Positions 1 to 11,565 of a stretch of 64,000 nt of DNA are shown here, one piece after another. Below the pieces are notes generated by a model. That model made no database searches and was not told where the DNA came from. It saw only the letters and a program-made list of their open reading frames with translations. The DNA lies in the NCBI GenBank assembly GCA_020632265.1, contig JACKFW010000001.1, positions 599,272 to 663,271 of the forward strand. The letters run 5' to 3'. The position numbers and the translations under genes were made by a program. How positions within the stretch are numbered: position 1 is the stretch's first letter; each line of letters starts with the position of its first letter. Source of the DNA: Pseudomonadales bacterium (GTDB lineage: Bacteria > Patescibacteriota > Microgenomatia > UBA1400 > PJMF01).

Positions 1-2397
1 GTTAAACTTTCTGCTTCTATTAAGGCTTCAGTTGAGAGGAGATATCTCTGTGCTTGATCATACTCTGTGTACAAATCAGAAAGTGATTTTAAACCTAAGT
101 CTGTTATTTTTTCAGGTAATTCAAATGTTTCATCAGCTTCTTTGACTTTTAACACTTTAAAAATCTCAAACAAGAAGGGATTCTTTGCTAAACCAAACCT
201 CTTAATAAAAGCAGATGCAATCTCTATATCATTTGAAAAATTAAATGTTACTTCATCCAGGTATGGTGAGCCGTATCGTTGACTTGCGGTTTGCTTTTGC
301 ATTTCAACCAGCCACTGACTTGTTCGATCATAATCATTATGTAAAAATGCATTTCTTCTTTCATCTGTCTTTTTTGGAAGTGCAGACAAAAATGCCTCTG
401 CTCTATCAACTCCAAAGTACTCGATTAACAACTCTTTGGACAAGGATAGTACAAATAATGAATAATTATTTTTACTCCAATATTCAAGTATTTTTGTATT
501 CCGATCTTTATCGCTCTGGCTATTAGAGAATATTAAAAAAATTGGATTATAATGATCGGTAAGTGGAATGCGAGATAGACGAAGCACTGGCAAGATTTTA
601 TTTAGGTACTTTACGTACCCATCAGCAATACCAGAGTTTTCAAGCATGTTCGCAATTTCGTTATGCAAGTTATTCGAAATTGCATGGTCACTTGAAAAAA
701 ACAATAATATAAAATTTTCATTGATTTTAAAATCATCATCAACATGCTGAGCAACTTGATCGATGTTTTCTAATATAAAATTCAGTAAACTTGGTGAGGT
801 ATTTACATCAAGCTGATCAATTAAGTGAACTAGTTTTCTTCCAACTTCTGGTAGCATTTTTTTCGTATGCTCATCTAGATACCCATTCATCGAAACATCT
901 TTTGCTTTTCCAGCAAGAAGACGAACAAGCTTTGTGTCAACTTCTCCACCCTCACTCATCAACATTGTTCTAGATAAAACTCGCTTAAATGCTAATCTGC
1001 GTTCAAAAACATCCATAAAATTATGTTCATCACCAGTTTTTCTTATTCTGCCTGATTCTTCCAAATCTTTATCTAATTGTATCCATTCTTGAAACATATC
1101 ACTTGATTCATCCTGTTCAAAAATATCTTTAATACCATAAAATGATTTGTGTGGGGCTGTATCATTTAACTTTGAAATTGTTTCTTGCCTGACATTAAAT
1201 GATACATTGAGTAAAAGCGTTTTTTGTACTAAAGCATCAATACGAACAACAAGTTGTGTGGTTTCTAAAGTATGTAAATCAAGAATATTGGCAATCTTTT
1301 GCTGATCGGGGGTAAGTGAAACTCCTATTTGTTCTTCTAGTTGAGCCTCTTGTTCAGAATCAAGGTAACTGTAACTAAGTTTATTAATATTTCGATCTTG
1401 AGGAGATATTCTTCTTCCTTCAAGAATACGGTTTGTAAGATCAAGCAATATTGATTTTTTATTCCATAATTTTTTAAGTTTTTCTCTATCTTGATAGTTT
1501 ACAATATTATCATTTCCTTTATCACGATTCATAAAAAACTCTTTTGCAATAACCACTAGAGCCTGGATTTCCGCATTATTTCCCATTACTTGAGACAATC
1601 TTTCAACTGGAGAGCCACAAATTCCTTCCAAGACAACCTGACCTTGAAATGCCGCTTGATCCTCTGTAGAAAAGTTGGGAAATTTTTCTAAATACTGCAA
1701 ACGTGCAGAAAATTCTGCAGAAAAATCATCTTGAAAGCTATAGGAAGTATCTAACCAAGTCAATTGTTGCATAGATTTTGCCGCAGCAGTAAATTTATCC
1801 TCAGGCATTTCCATGAGTGATTTACATAAATTCATAAAATCTGGGTTAAATTTTGATTCGTTTGATATCATTGTGTAAACAAGTCCAATAGCACTGGACC
1901 TTCTCAAAAATGTGACTGGATCTTCAAATAACTCAGCTAACTCTCCTCCCAAATACACCGCCCTATCATAATTATATCCAACCACAGTGTCATGATTTGA
2001 TTCCCTATCTTCTTCCTCAATAAAAATTGTTGTGGGCTGATCAAAACAAAGTTTCAAGAACTCTTTTGGATTTGCAATCCCCATAAAATGTAATTTAACT
2101 AAAGAATATATTCTTCTCACTTTTCTCTGAGGAAGCTCACCACTTTCAAGCTTGGCAAAGAGCTCTTCTTTCTTTGTTTTTTCGTCAGATTCAACAAACG
2201 GAACCTTGTTAGATTGGTGAGCAATACCTTGATTCATTCTTTCACGAATTTTATTGGCTTTCTTTTGATCATACTCCTCAACTGAGTCGAGAGATGCATT
2301 TTCTCCCTCAGGCACAGGTGCATAAATGAAATCTAGTTGGGTAACAGAACCTTGAAAATTTTCTTTCTTAGATTTTTCTTCAGCACTTTTTGGCATA
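1..2397 (-). CDS. Large uncharacterised protein, partial (at least 799 aa). Start ATG at 2397-2395; the C-terminus runs past the window start. No recognisable catalytic motif.
   Basis: My manual reverse-strand translation from the ATG at 2397 to position 1 gives about 799 codons with no stop. Only short plus-strand ORFs appear here in the ORF track. A minus ORF without a stop would not be listed, which fits. Confidence 0.5.
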
Positions 2398-2641
2398 AGA
2401 CCAGTATATCAAAAATAGTAATTCAAATTGCTCCTACTCAATAACTTCTTAAACGAGCATTTTCACAAGCCGTACTAGTTTTAGTTGTCTGCACCAACAA
2501 TATTTGCCAGTATCGTCTCATTATGAAACGAAAACATTAAATGAATGAAATATATCACAAGCCGATTTAAGAAATATAACAAACTTATGTTACTTTATCC
2601 TGATTCGGATATCCTCCCACATTCTCAACAATTAATGAAGA

Positions 2642-2667
2642 TGGCGACATAAGTCGTCTTTTTTATT
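2642..2667 (+). terminator. Rho-independent terminator-like hairpin (GGCGAC-ATAA-GTCGTC) followed by TTTTTTATT. There is no obvious plus-strand gene upstream.
   Basis: 6-bp stem (one G.U), 4-nt loop, then a U-tract. Seen directly in the sequence. Confidence 0.3.
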
Positions 2668-2685
2668 AATTGTTGTGTTTGAATT

Positions 2686-2775
2686 TGATGTCATCGATGA
2701 AATCAATTTGAATCTGACCGAAGCGTAAGCGAGGGAATGTCCGGAGCATGGGCGGAGGACCCAAGTCCCGCAACA
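2686..2775. other. GC-rich island of about 90 nt in an AT-rich spacer. It contains a 10-nt palindrome TCATCGATGA and a GGAC-CCAA-GTCC hairpin. Candidate structured RNA or protein-binding element of unknown class.
   Basis: Sharp local rise in GC (ccgaagcgtaagcgagggaatgtccggagcatgggcggaggacccaagtcccgc) against flanks below 30% GC. I could not fold it as a tRNA cloverleaf or match the SRP RNA domain IV motif. Confidence 0.2.
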
Positions 2776-2844
2776 ATGTAAAAATATCAAGTGAGAAGTA
2801 TTTACTTAAATCGTATCCACGACCCATTTCTATTCAACACTGAA

Positions 2845-3483
2845 TTAATTTGTTGAAGCCCTGGCAAATATGTATGTACGCAATCCGGTCATATTTAAAG
2901 AGTAATTTTCGTATAAACCCGCTTCTCTGCAGAAACTGTAAAGAGCAAATAATTCTTGAAGGTTAAGGTTTGATAACATCAGCTGAGGTTCATATGTCAA
3001 TAAGTGCAAAACTGCTTGATATGGATGCTGACTTTTCACATTATCGATATATCTAATAATCGTATTGAGCTGATTCGAACTTGCTATCTTTTTAAATGAT
3101 TCAAGTTGTTGATGTGCAAATTGTTTAAGAAGTTTGGGGAAAGATTTTAATATTAAATTATATTGAGTATTCAAAGAATTTTTTAATCCATCAACATCTC
3201 TCTCACTACCATTAGGTAGTTCTGAGACATAAATATTCGCAAGCGATAATTTAATACCGTTTAATTCATGAAATTTATAAACTATAATATTAGCAGTTGT
3301 GGGAGAAGGATCAATTCTTTTTTCTAAAACAACTTGTTGCGGCATCGCTAATTTACGAAGAAGATTGAATCTTTGTTTTGGATCAAGTTCACCGGCTTTT
3401 AATTCGAGAATAGCATTTTCTTGCTGAATCAACATAGGTCCTTCAAAACCGAAAGGTCGTTCAGAATTAATTTTTTTACTCAT
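2845..3483 (-). CDS. Hypothetical protein, 212 aa, no recognisable domain.
   Basis: Complete ORF in the track. Upstream neighbour, on the same strand, of the large uncharacterised protein. Confidence 0.5.
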   Translation of the reverse strand: MSKKINSERPFGFEGPMLIQQENAILELKAGELDPKQRFNLLRKLAMPQQVVLEKRIDPSPTTANIIVYKFHELNGIKLSLANIYVSELPNGSERDVDGLKNSLNTQYNLILKSFPKLLKQFAHQQLESFKKIASSNQLNTIIRYIDNVKSQHPYQAVLHLLTYEPQLMLSNLNLQELFALYSFCREAGLYENYSLNMTGLRTYIFARASTN

Positions 3484-3732
3484 AATGCATAGAATTATAT
3501 CACATAACTATATAAAATGACATCATAAAAAAATCTCATGTCTGTGGGAAAGCATATGGTAATTGTGATATGAAGATACACAATAATAGGCTCAGAGAAA
3601 TTTCCACAAATTTGGAGTTTGAACGTGAAATAGTAGATACCTTTTTACCACGAATCTAGTATTTCTCCTAAAACTAGTCAACCTAGAAAAACCAAGGATG
3701 GACAAAGTGTAGCTCCAGTTTATGTGGTACAA

Positions 3733-3776
3733 AAAAAATAACCCTTTTTGTACTTTATTAGGGTTGCAGATAATTT
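3733..3776 (-). terminator. Hairpin AACCCT-N14-AGGGTT. On the minus strand it is followed by a U8 tract, so it is terminator-like, but no minus-strand gene lies upstream.
   Basis: Inverted repeat seen at 3739-3764 with an A8 run on the plus strand at 3731-3738. Confidence 0.25.
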
Positions 3777-3853
3777 ATAATGAATTTTATAAAAATAGAA
3801 TGAGATTGTATTGGCTGTCCGATAATAGTGATAATTAACACAAGAAAAGATAT

Positions 3854-5263
3854 TTGAAGCAAAAGAAAAAATGCTTACAAGCCCAGTTAGTTATGATTTC
3901 CATTCTAAAAAATAGTTCAAAAATATATTTTTCCTCGGTCTTCATCTTTCTTACTGGTATATTTCTCTTCCACTATTTGTTTTCTGGCCAAGCTGTTTAT
4001 GGTGATGGAATTGGTTATTATTCATACATGCATTCCTGGTATTTTGATTTTGATAATAACTTTACCAATGAATATAAACACATTTACGGACACGAAAATA
4101 ATAACTCGCTTTTACCAAAACATTCTAACGCTGTGCAAATTGTAAGAACAAATAATCAAGGAAAAGCTCTCAATCATTTTTCACCCGGCATGGCTATTCT
4201 TCTCATGCCTTTTTACATTCTAGCCGATTTAATTGTTGTTATATCAAACGCTCTGGGAATAAATCTGGTGCGCAATGGATATTCCGATATTTACCAAATA
4301 ATTTGTGGATTGGGAGCAATAACTTATGTTACCTTGACTCTCTGGATGAGTGAAAAATTGTTAAAAATATTTAAATTTAAAATTTCTATTCAGCGACTGG
4401 CCGTACTAACACTATTTTTTGCAACAAACCTTTTGTATTACGGTGCTTTTGATGTACTTAATTCACACTTTGCATCTTTCTTTTTATCAACATTATTTTT
4501 TCTTTATTTCTTTGAACATAGAAAAAAATTAACTATTAGGAATTACTTTCTATTAGGCCTAATTACTGGTCTAATTGCCGTCACCAGGCCCCAAGATGGA
4601 ATAATTGCAATTGTAATTATTATAGATGCCTTAGTATCACTCAAAGCTAAACATAACGTTTTGTTTTGGAAAGCGCAATTTGTTCAAACTTTAAAAAATT
4701 TATTGTCTTTTACCCTACCTTTAGTGGTTATAATTAGTCCGCTAATAATTCAATGGATTACAACTTTCGACACCCTAGATTCTCATCCCTATTTTCTTTG
4801 GATAACCGCTCGTAATGACTTTAATTTGGTTTTTAACATATTTGGAACTTTGTTTCACCCCACAAATGGTCTTTTTAGCAGAACACCAATTATTTTGCTA
4901 TGTGCGCTAATGCTCTGGCAACTAACTGTGAATAAAAAACTCAGTTATTCATTAAAATTATTCTCAATATTTTTTTTCTTTGAGTTTTTGTTAATCGTAA
5001 TTCAAGAAGGCTGGAAAGCCGCGGCTTACGGCGGAAGAATGTATATCTCGTTGTCACCATTTTTCCTGGTATTAATTGCCAAACTCCTTCAATGGATTGA
5101 ACTGAAATATTCAAATTCAGCTAAGTGGTTGTTTATTATTATTTTCATTTCAATCAATATCTTATCTATGTTTAGCTTCATTTTATTTGAAAAAGAAGCC
5201 AGTGATAATCATAGAGGAACAGAAAAATATACTTTTGAACGAATTATCAAATTTATTAAATAA
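3854..5263 (+). CDS. Polytopic integral membrane protein, 469 aa. Possible GT-C fold glycosyltransferase: an acidic YGDGIGYY loop follows the first TM helix.
   Basis: Ten or more hydrophobic segments. An Asp-containing first extracytoplasmic loop, as seen in PMT/ArnT-type enzymes. Weak family assignment. Confidence 0.45.
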   Translation: MKQKKKCLQAQLVMISILKNSSKIYFSSVFIFLTGIFLFHYLFSGQAVYGDGIGYYSYMHSWYFDFDNNFTNEYKHIYGHENNNSLLPKHSNAVQIVRTNNQGKALNHFSPGMAILLMPFYILADLIVVISNALGINLVRNGYSDIYQIICGLGAITYVTLTLWMSEKLLKIFKFKISIQRLAVLTLFFATNLLYYGAFDVLNSHFASFFLSTLFFLYFFEHRKKLTIRNYFLLGLITGLIAVTRPQDGIIAIVIIIDALVSLKAKHNVLFWKAQFVQTLKNLLSFTLPLVVIISPLIIQWITTFDTLDSHPYFLWITARNDFNLVFNIFGTLFHPTNGLFSRTPIILLCALMLWQLTVNKKLSYSLKLFSIFFFFEFLLIVIQEGWKAAAYGGRMYISLSPFFLVLIAKLLQWIELKYSNSAKWLFIIIFISINILSMFSFILFEKEASDNHRGTEKYTFERIIKFIK

Positions 5264-6989
5264 ATATTTTGTGCAAAATTTTAAATATCCTGCTATAACC
5301 AAAAAACATCAAAATTCCTATGGCTGAAACAAACTTACCCAATTCTTGAAAATTAGTATCACTCTTATAAACGCTTTCAATCACATGTTTTCCGGACAAA
5401 ATCGGTATAATTACTCTTCCAGGAAATTCTATGTCGTCAGTAATATTTTCTACAGTTTTATTATCTACACTCGAATGCCATCCAGGAAAATATGTCGTTT
5501 TTTGAATAACATTAGCAGATTGAGAAGCCTCAACCTTATATTTCATCTTTGTTCCAGTCCACTCAAGAATTTCAATCTTACCCTGATTATTTGGTTCTTC
5601 TTGCCTAATATTGTCAAATGTTTTACTTCCATCAAGTCTTATGACAACATTCTCGTTTAATTTTAAGTTTTTGTGACTATCAAAACCTTTTGGTAATAAC
5701 CCATCATAATTTTGTGAAATATCTCCAAACTCAAACCAATCTTCGCTCAATTTAGAAATATATCTATCTGGGTGACCCCAAAATAGTAAAGCGAAGGCCG
5801 ATTGTCCAAAAATTAGCCCAATAATTATTAATGAGATTAACCCTTTTTCAAAAATTAGTTTTTCCAAATAGATTAAGCAAAAAACTGATGCGATTGTTGG
5901 AACCCACAATAGAAGCCAAGGGAACTCAATCATTCCAATAATTGGAAGTGTATTCCAAAGAAAATAACTCATAGATAACATTAGGAAAAAAGTTATTAAC
6001 GAAATTCCTACCCAGAAAAAAGCCTGAATTTGACGTATTTTATCAATTTTTTTTGTAATTAGAGCAAATAATGTCACTATCAAAATAAATAATGAAGCAA
6101 AACCAAGAAAAGTAGGTACTGGTCGCATTACCGAAGAATAACAAAATTGCTGACAATCCCACAAACTCCACCATAATTGATTAATCTTTAAAAAGCCAGA
6201 GTCTCCAACACCAATACTACTTCCAGATACTTCTATTAGTGAAGATCCTAATAAAGCTGGAATCCAATAAAAAGCTGTAGCGAAAATTGAAGAAAAAATA
6301 ATTAATGATTGTTGAATGATGTTTTTACGAACATTTGGTTGGGAAATTTTCCATGAAACAACTAGCCAACCCGCCGTCAATGGTAAAAAAACCATCAGGG
6401 CAACGTGGTGACTTAAAAGCAACGCGCACAAAATTAAAAAAAAGATTAATTTCTCGTAAAATTTACTAAAACCTTTTTTTACAATGAGTGCAAAAGTAAC
6501 TGGCAATAGTCCCAAAAATAATGCTTCTGCAACTGCCCCTCTAATATAAATAGTTAAAAGAAAATAAGGACTTAATGCATAGACTAGCGATGCCAAAAAA
6601 CTAACGAAATTAGATTTTTTATGAGTCTTTGCCAAAAAATAAGCGCCAAAAGCTCCTAAAAATATTGAAATAATAAAAACAAAATTTAAAGCTTGTTCTA
6701 CTGAATTAGTAATCACAAATGGTACTAAGCCAATTAAATATGGCAAATGATAGCTGTAAACGAAGACTGGATATCCAAATCCATAATTCATATTTGGTGC
6801 CCACTGCGGAGGATATTGATCTTGTTTTATTGCCAGATAATAATTTGCCAATCTCACTCCATGAACCTCGGTGTCATGACCAGCAATCAACTTGGTTGAA
6901 ATAAATGCTGAACTTAGGAAAATACATAAAATCAAAACTAGAATGATTGACCAATTATTATTAAAAAATATTTTAATTGATTTTTTCAT
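5256..6989 (-). CDS. GT-C glycosyltransferase of the PMT/GT39-like family (polyprenol-phosphate-sugar dependent protein or glycan glycosyltransferase), 577 aa.
   Basis: First-loop motif GHDTEVHGVRLANYY resembles the PMT DEVHFGKF..YY signature. Many TM helices and a C-terminal soluble domain. Confidence 0.55.
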   Translation of the reverse strand: MKKSIKIFFNNNWSIILVLILCIFLSSAFISTKLIAGHDTEVHGVRLANYYLAIKQDQYPPQWAPNMNYGFGYPVFVYSYHLPYLIGLVPFVITNSVEQALNFVFIISIFLGAFGAYFLAKTHKKSNFVSFLASLVYALSPYFLLTIYIRGAVAEALFLGLLPVTFALIVKKGFSKFYEKLIFFLILCALLLSHHVALMVFLPLTAGWLVVSWKISQPNVRKNIIQQSLIIFSSIFATAFYWIPALLGSSLIEVSGSSIGVGDSGFLKINQLWWSLWDCQQFCYSSVMRPVPTFLGFASLFILIVTLFALITKKIDKIRQIQAFFWVGISLITFFLMLSMSYFLWNTLPIIGMIEFPWLLLWVPTIASVFCLIYLEKLIFEKGLISLIIIGLIFGQSAFALLFWGHPDRYISKLSEDWFEFGDISQNYDGLLPKGFDSHKNLKLNENVVIRLDGSKTFDNIRQEEPNNQGKIEILEWTGTKMKYKVEASQSANVIQKTTYFPGWHSSVDNKTVENITDDIEFPGRVIIPILSGKHVIESVYKSDTNFQELGKFVSAIGILMFFGYSRIFKILHKIFI

Positions 6990-6993
6990 ATTA

Positions 6994-7335
6994 CTAATTA
7001 AAATCCAATAAATTTACTGGAAATTGAGATTTGTATAAATTGTAATCAACAATTTGCTGACTATATTGTTCTTCTTCTCTATTTAAAACTGCTTCTGCCT
7101 CAATAACTGCTAGATCTTTCTCTTTTAGTGGTAAATCTCTGTTTACAACATTCATAAGATTTTGTTCGGCATTTTCAATTTTAATTTTCTGATGATATAT
7201 TGAGTCGCTAAGAAACTCTAGTCGCTGTTTAGCATCGAAAATATACAAAAATATAAAAACAAAAATAGTAAATAAAATAACTGAAAATATAAAAACAAAG
7301 GAATTATTTAAAAATTTCTTATTTTTTTCAAACAT
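6994..7335 (-). CDS. Small bitopic coiled-coil protein, FtsB/DivIC-like septum formation initiator candidate, 113 aa.
   Basis: N-terminal TM helix followed by a heptad-rich segment. Immediately upstream of the GT-C gene in the same orientation. Confidence 0.35.
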   Translation of the reverse strand: MFEKNKKFLNNSFVFIFSVILFTIFVFIFLYIFDAKQRLEFLSDSIYHQKIKIENAEQNLMNVVNRDLPLKEKDLAVIEAEAVLNREEEQYSQQIVDYNLYKSQFPVNLLDFN

Positions 7336-7522
7336 TTAAACTTTCAAATCAAATGCCAACATACTAAAAAACTACTATTAATCATAATATGACTTGTTCC
7401 AGATAAAAACAACAGAAACTCTTCGAATCAATCAATTGTGAAGCTTTTATTGCCAAAGCACCTCTTCCAAAACTAATAATTTTCTTGCTATTATTAAGTG
7501 TTACTTAAAAAGGGAGAAAAAA

Positions 7523-7723
7523 ATGTTAACAAACAATAGTTTTGTAGAAATTTTAATGATTGTTGGAGTTGTACTAATACTTTACGGAGCATCGAAACTT
7601 GAAATAACCAAAAAGAAACCTGAGGTTGTTAAGCCTGCTGAAGTTTCAAAGCCTGCAAAAGTCAAAAAACTTGCTAAAGCTACCAAGAAAACAACAAAAG
7701 CTAAAAAGAAATCAAAAAAATAG
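7523..7723 (+). CDS. Small membrane-anchored protein with a lysine-rich, histone H1-like tail, 66 aa.
   Basis: Strong RBS AAGGGAG 8 nt upstream. One TM helix, then a KKPEVVKPAEVSKPAKVKKLAKATKKTTKAKKKSKK tail. Confidence 0.45.
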   Translation: MLTNNSFVEILMIVGVVLILYGASKLEITKKKPEVVKPAEVSKPAKVKKLAKATKKTTKAKKKSKK

Positions 7724-7765
7724 CTATCAATACTTATTTGAGATTTTTACCTAAAATCACCAATA

Positions 7766-8437
7766 ATGCCTAACTCATCTTTAGTTAATTTTTTTGTCGG
7801 TAAAAATGATTCTCTCGATGAAGTTTTATCCAATAAAAAACTTGAAAATTTCACTCTGGTTAAAATGGAGCAAATTCATGGTAGTGATTTTTTTGAGATA
7901 AATGATGATTTTTTTGTCACTAAAAAAAGTAACTTAGATCCCTACGCTTCTATTATCCTAGACAAAAAATCCAAACAAATCACAATTCCCAAAGTAGACG
8001 CCATAATTTCCACTAAAAAAAATGTTTTGCTCTCAATAAAAACTGCAGATTGTTTGCCAATTACAATTCATTGGCAAAACCAAAAAGATGAACTCGTAGC
8101 TGCCATCCACGCCGGTCGCGTTGGAACTGAAAAACAAATTTTAAAAAAAGTACTTCAACATTTAGAAAATAAATATCATATGAATCGCCATGCCAGCGAA
8201 TTAGAAATTTGGTTTGGTCCAGCAATTTGTAAAGATTGTTATCAAATTGATCGAGCAACCAACTTACACTACGATCTTTTCCAAGAAAACATCAAACAAC
8301 TTGAAGAACTATTTCCAATTAATAACATTAAATTCCACAAAAGCGACCGATGTACCCTTTATCACAACGATCAACTCCATAGTTATCGAAAAACTGGTAA
8401 GGGAGTAAAAATGAACTACAGCTTGATCGGGTTTTGA
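7766..8437 (+). CDS. pgeF: YfiH/PgeF family protein (peptidoglycan editing factor / purine nucleoside phosphorylase LACC1-like).
   Basis: The family triad motifs are present in order: QIHG, TADCLP and AAIHAGRVG. Confidence 0.75.
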   Translation: MPNSSLVNFFVGKNDSLDEVLSNKKLENFTLVKMEQIHGSDFFEINDDFFVTKKSNLDPYASIILDKKSKQITIPKVDAIISTKKNVLLSIKTADCLPITIHWQNQKDELVAAIHAGRVGTEKQILKKVLQHLENKYHMNRHASELEIWFGPAICKDCYQIDRATNLHYDLFQENIKQLEELFPINNIKFHKSDRCTLYHNDQLHSYRKTGKGVKMNYSLIGF

Positions 8438-8483
8438 GAGCGAGCCTTTTAAACCAAACTAAAAAAATCGGTTTTTAATCCAA

Positions 8484-8519
8484 AAAGCCCCCGATTTTTC
8501 GAGGGCTTTCCTTTTTTTT
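8484..8519 (+). terminator. Bidirectional rho-independent terminator between the convergent pgeF and groEL genes.
   Basis: AAAGCCCCCGA-TTTTT-CGAGGGCTTT hairpin, followed by CCTTTTTTTT and preceded by an A-run. Confidence 0.5.
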
Positions 8520-8632
8520 AAAATATTAAATATTTTTTGTAAGCATTAAATATTTTTTGTAAGTATTAAATAAGTTTTTACGAACATTCAGGCATATGTC
8601 TGCGAGAGCAAAAAATTATTTAATATGTAGAG

Positions 8633-10288
<1,656 letters not shown>

Positions 10289-10351
10289 TCAATTGTTTTT
10301 TATTTGATTGCAATTTTTTTATTTTAATTTCAATTATTTTTTTAATTTCAA

Positions 10352-10663
10352 TTATTTAACAATAGCCAATACATCTTCGAATTTTAAAAACTGATATTCA
10401 ACATCGTTAATTTTGTAATCATTGCCACCCCATTTTTTATAAATCACTGTATCACCAGCTTTTACCGGGCATTTAATTTCTTTTACCCCACTTTCCCAAA
10501 CTGACTCACCACAAGATAAAACTTTACCATGTTGAGGTTTTTCAGTATTGGATTCTGGTAAATAGATTCCAGAAGCAGTTTTATTAGAAGCAACAGCTGG
10601 TTCAACTAAAATGTATCCAGCCAATGGTGAAATTTTCTTGACAGATATATCTGACATAATCAA
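10352..10663 (-). CDS. groS: Co-chaperonin GroES (Cpn10), 103 aa.
   Basis: Typical size and position directly upstream of groEL. Conserved ILVEP and GD.V.Y segments. Confidence 0.85.
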   Translation of the reverse strand: MIMSDISVKKISPLAGYILVEPAVASNKTASGIYLPESNTEKPQHGKVLSCGESVWESGVKEIKCPVKAGDTVIYKKWGGNDYKINDVEYQFLKFEDVLAIVK

Positions 10664-10697
10664 CTCCTTTTAAATTAAAATTATATATACTATTAAA

Positions 10698-10724
10698 TTG
10701 GCAGTTTTATTATGCGACTGCTAA
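10698..10724 (-). promoter_or_regulatory. CIRCE-like inverted repeat (TTGGCAGTT-N9-GACTGCTAA), a putative HrcA operator. It sits downstream of a TTGACT-N17-ATATTA promoter for groES-groEL.
   Basis: Matches the TTAGCACTC-N9-GAGTGCTAA consensus with 4 mismatches. Canonical location about 40-70 nt upstream of groES. Confidence 0.4.
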
Positions 10725-10793
10725 GGCAACATATAATATATCGTAATGAAATATTAAGTCAACAGCAATTCTCAAATAAGAAAGAATGAAAAC

Positions 10794-11408
10794 TTATTTG
10801 GTTGAATCATCAACCTCGTCAGATACCACTACTTTGTTACTCCCTTTTGCATTTACCAACTTTACAGCAGAAAGCAAAAATCCCTCGCAATCTAGACCTC
10901 TATCTTTAAAATAATGATTTAGTTCTTCTTTAACAATATTCTCTACCTCAGAACGATGTTGTTTTATTTGATCTAAGGTCAAATCGGAAAATAAACCTGC
11001 TATCTTACTTCTAGAAAAAGGTCTGACAACTTTTGAGACTACATTTTCACCAAGATTTTCCCATAATTCGGGCGCATTGTGTTTATCAATTCTAAAAAGA
11101 ATTGATCCTTCAACACTGATATCTTTGCCGTCTTTAGTAGTAACGAATACTTTTTCATCTCCTAAAGCTTCTTTATTTTTTGAAAAATCAAAACCATCGG
11201 AGATAGAATACTCAATTATTTGAGCATTAAAAAGTTTTGCAACTTGCCAAAAAGGAATTTTGAAATGCAGTCCTGGTCCCCAAATTCTGGGCAAAACCCC
11301 ACGACCTCTATCATAAATACATGCGACATGACCAGGGGGAACAGAAATAAAAAAACCACCAACTACTTCGTCTACCAAAAAAGAAACAACAAGTCTATCA
11401 AATTCCAT
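10794..11408 (-). CDS. SPFH/band-7 (stomatin/prohibitin/HflK-C) domain protein, 204 aa.
   Basis: GPGLHFKIPF motif and overall SPFH-like layout. Confidence 0.65.
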   Translation of the reverse strand: MEFDRLVVSFLVDEVVGGFFISVPPGHVACIYDRGRGVLPRIWGPGLHFKIPFWQVAKLFNAQIIEYSISDGFDFSKNKEALGDEKVFVTTKDGKDISVEGSILFRIDKHNAPELWENLGENVVSKVVRPFSRSKIAGLFSDLTLDQIKQHRSEVENIVKEELNHYFKDRGLDCEGFLLSAVKLVNAKGSNKVVVSDEVDDSTK

Positions 11409-11503
11409 ATGATTAAATTTAATTTATATCTTAGTATTGTATAACTTAGTTTAGTAAAACAAAAGAGTACTCTTATTAGTAACAAAAAAAATATTTTACA
11501 ATA

Positions 11504-11565
11504 ACAACTATTTCTCGAAGACAATTATTTCTCGAAGACAATTATTTATCGAAGACAGCTATTTT
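11504..11565. repeat. Tandem 17-nt direct repeats, about 3.5 copies (acaattatttctcgaag), between the yidC stop and the SPFH gene promoter.
   Basis: acaactatttctcgaag / acaattatttctcgaag / acaattatttatcgaag / acagctatttt, seen directly. Confidence 0.6.

Noticed and set aside
2686-2775. GC-rich island considered as a tRNA, SRP RNA or RNase P RNA fragment.
   Set aside because: I could not build an acceptor, D, anticodon and T cloverleaf on either strand. The SRP domain IV motif GGAAGCAGCC is absent. It is far too short and isolated for RNase P RNA. It is kept only as an unclassified structured element.
8521-8580. Two-and-a-half copies of attaaatattttttgtaag, considered as a CRISPR array.
   Set aside because: Only 2-3 directly abutting copies of an AT-rich 20-mer with no spacers. 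It is part of the terminator-flanking region between pgeF and groEL.
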